Part shown: positions 63,519 through 64,000 of the stretch, in pieces | Layout of the letters: each line of letters starts with the position of its first letter | How positions within the stretch are numbered: position 1 is the first letter of the stretch | NCBI RefSeq assembly: GCF_006345805.1 | Contig: NC_042998.1 | Location: 30,194,001 to 30,258,000 of the forward strand | DNA: 64,000 bases | Source: Octopus sinensis | Taxonomy: Eukaryota | Direction: 5' to 3' | Translations under genes and position numbers: made by a program | Notes under the pieces: model-generated | Databases searched by the model: none | Seen by the model: only the letters and a program-made list of their open reading frames with translations | What the model was told of the DNA's origin: nothing

Positions 63519-64000
63519 TTTGAGTGTGTGTAGGCGAGTGATTATAACAGGGAGTGTGTATGTGTGTATGTGTGCTGATTCTATGAATAAAGGTGTGTGG
63601 GCGACTGTGTGTATGTGTGTAGGTGTGAGTGGGTGGCTGTATGTGCTGTATTGTGTAGTATATACGTAGGCCATATTGATTACCTACATAAATATTGATT
63701 TCTTTCATTCAAGAAATTTCAAGCCATACATACAGACTGAATTGCGTTACACACACAGACACACAGACATTCCCACACGCCCAAGCCTCGTACAAGTTAT
63801 AAGAACAAAATAGAGGCAAAAGCATTTCATGTATACAAGGATAGAAATTTTAATAATTAGACACGTAAAAACAACCAAACACACGTTCATAGTCACACAC
63901 TACACACACATATTATGTATGTCCGTCTGTCCCTATGTTTGTGCGTGTGTGTGACTATTCATATGTACATACATTACATATATACATATATATATATATA

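Overview
This is AT-rich, microsatellite-dense eukaryotic DNA with no confidently identifiable host gene. The repeat content (tRNA-derived SINE families, TA/CA/GATA microsatellites, RTE/CR1/R4/Tx1/Penelope-like elements) looks like an octopus-type cephalopod genome, which is an inference from the repeats only. Almost all ORFs in the supplied track are microsatellite artefacts. The standout is a Penelope-like element (PLE) at ~2704-10632. Its RT + C-terminal GIY-YIG frame is interrupted only by two 1-nt frameshifts and carries an in-frame ~120-aa Asn-rich insert. The ORF is followed by a ~5.4-kb non-coding region containing a C/A-rich arm, a G.U-rich fold-back, and three ~1.02-kb G/T-skewed tandem repeats that differ from the fold-back arm mostly by A>G and C>T changes. 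The region ends in a minimal type I hammerhead ribozyme and a terminus abutting (TA)n. The 5' junction is a 282-bp near-perfect inverted copy of upstream DNA. The rest of the window is a mosaic of SINEs, LINE 3' fragments (RTE, CR1-like, R4/Dong-like, Tx1-like within a GATA microsatellite), Tc1/mariner relics, palindromic MITEs, further PLE termini with intact or decayed hammerheads, a U2 snRNA-like fragment and an ~895-bp recent duplication. All alignments and folds were done by eye.
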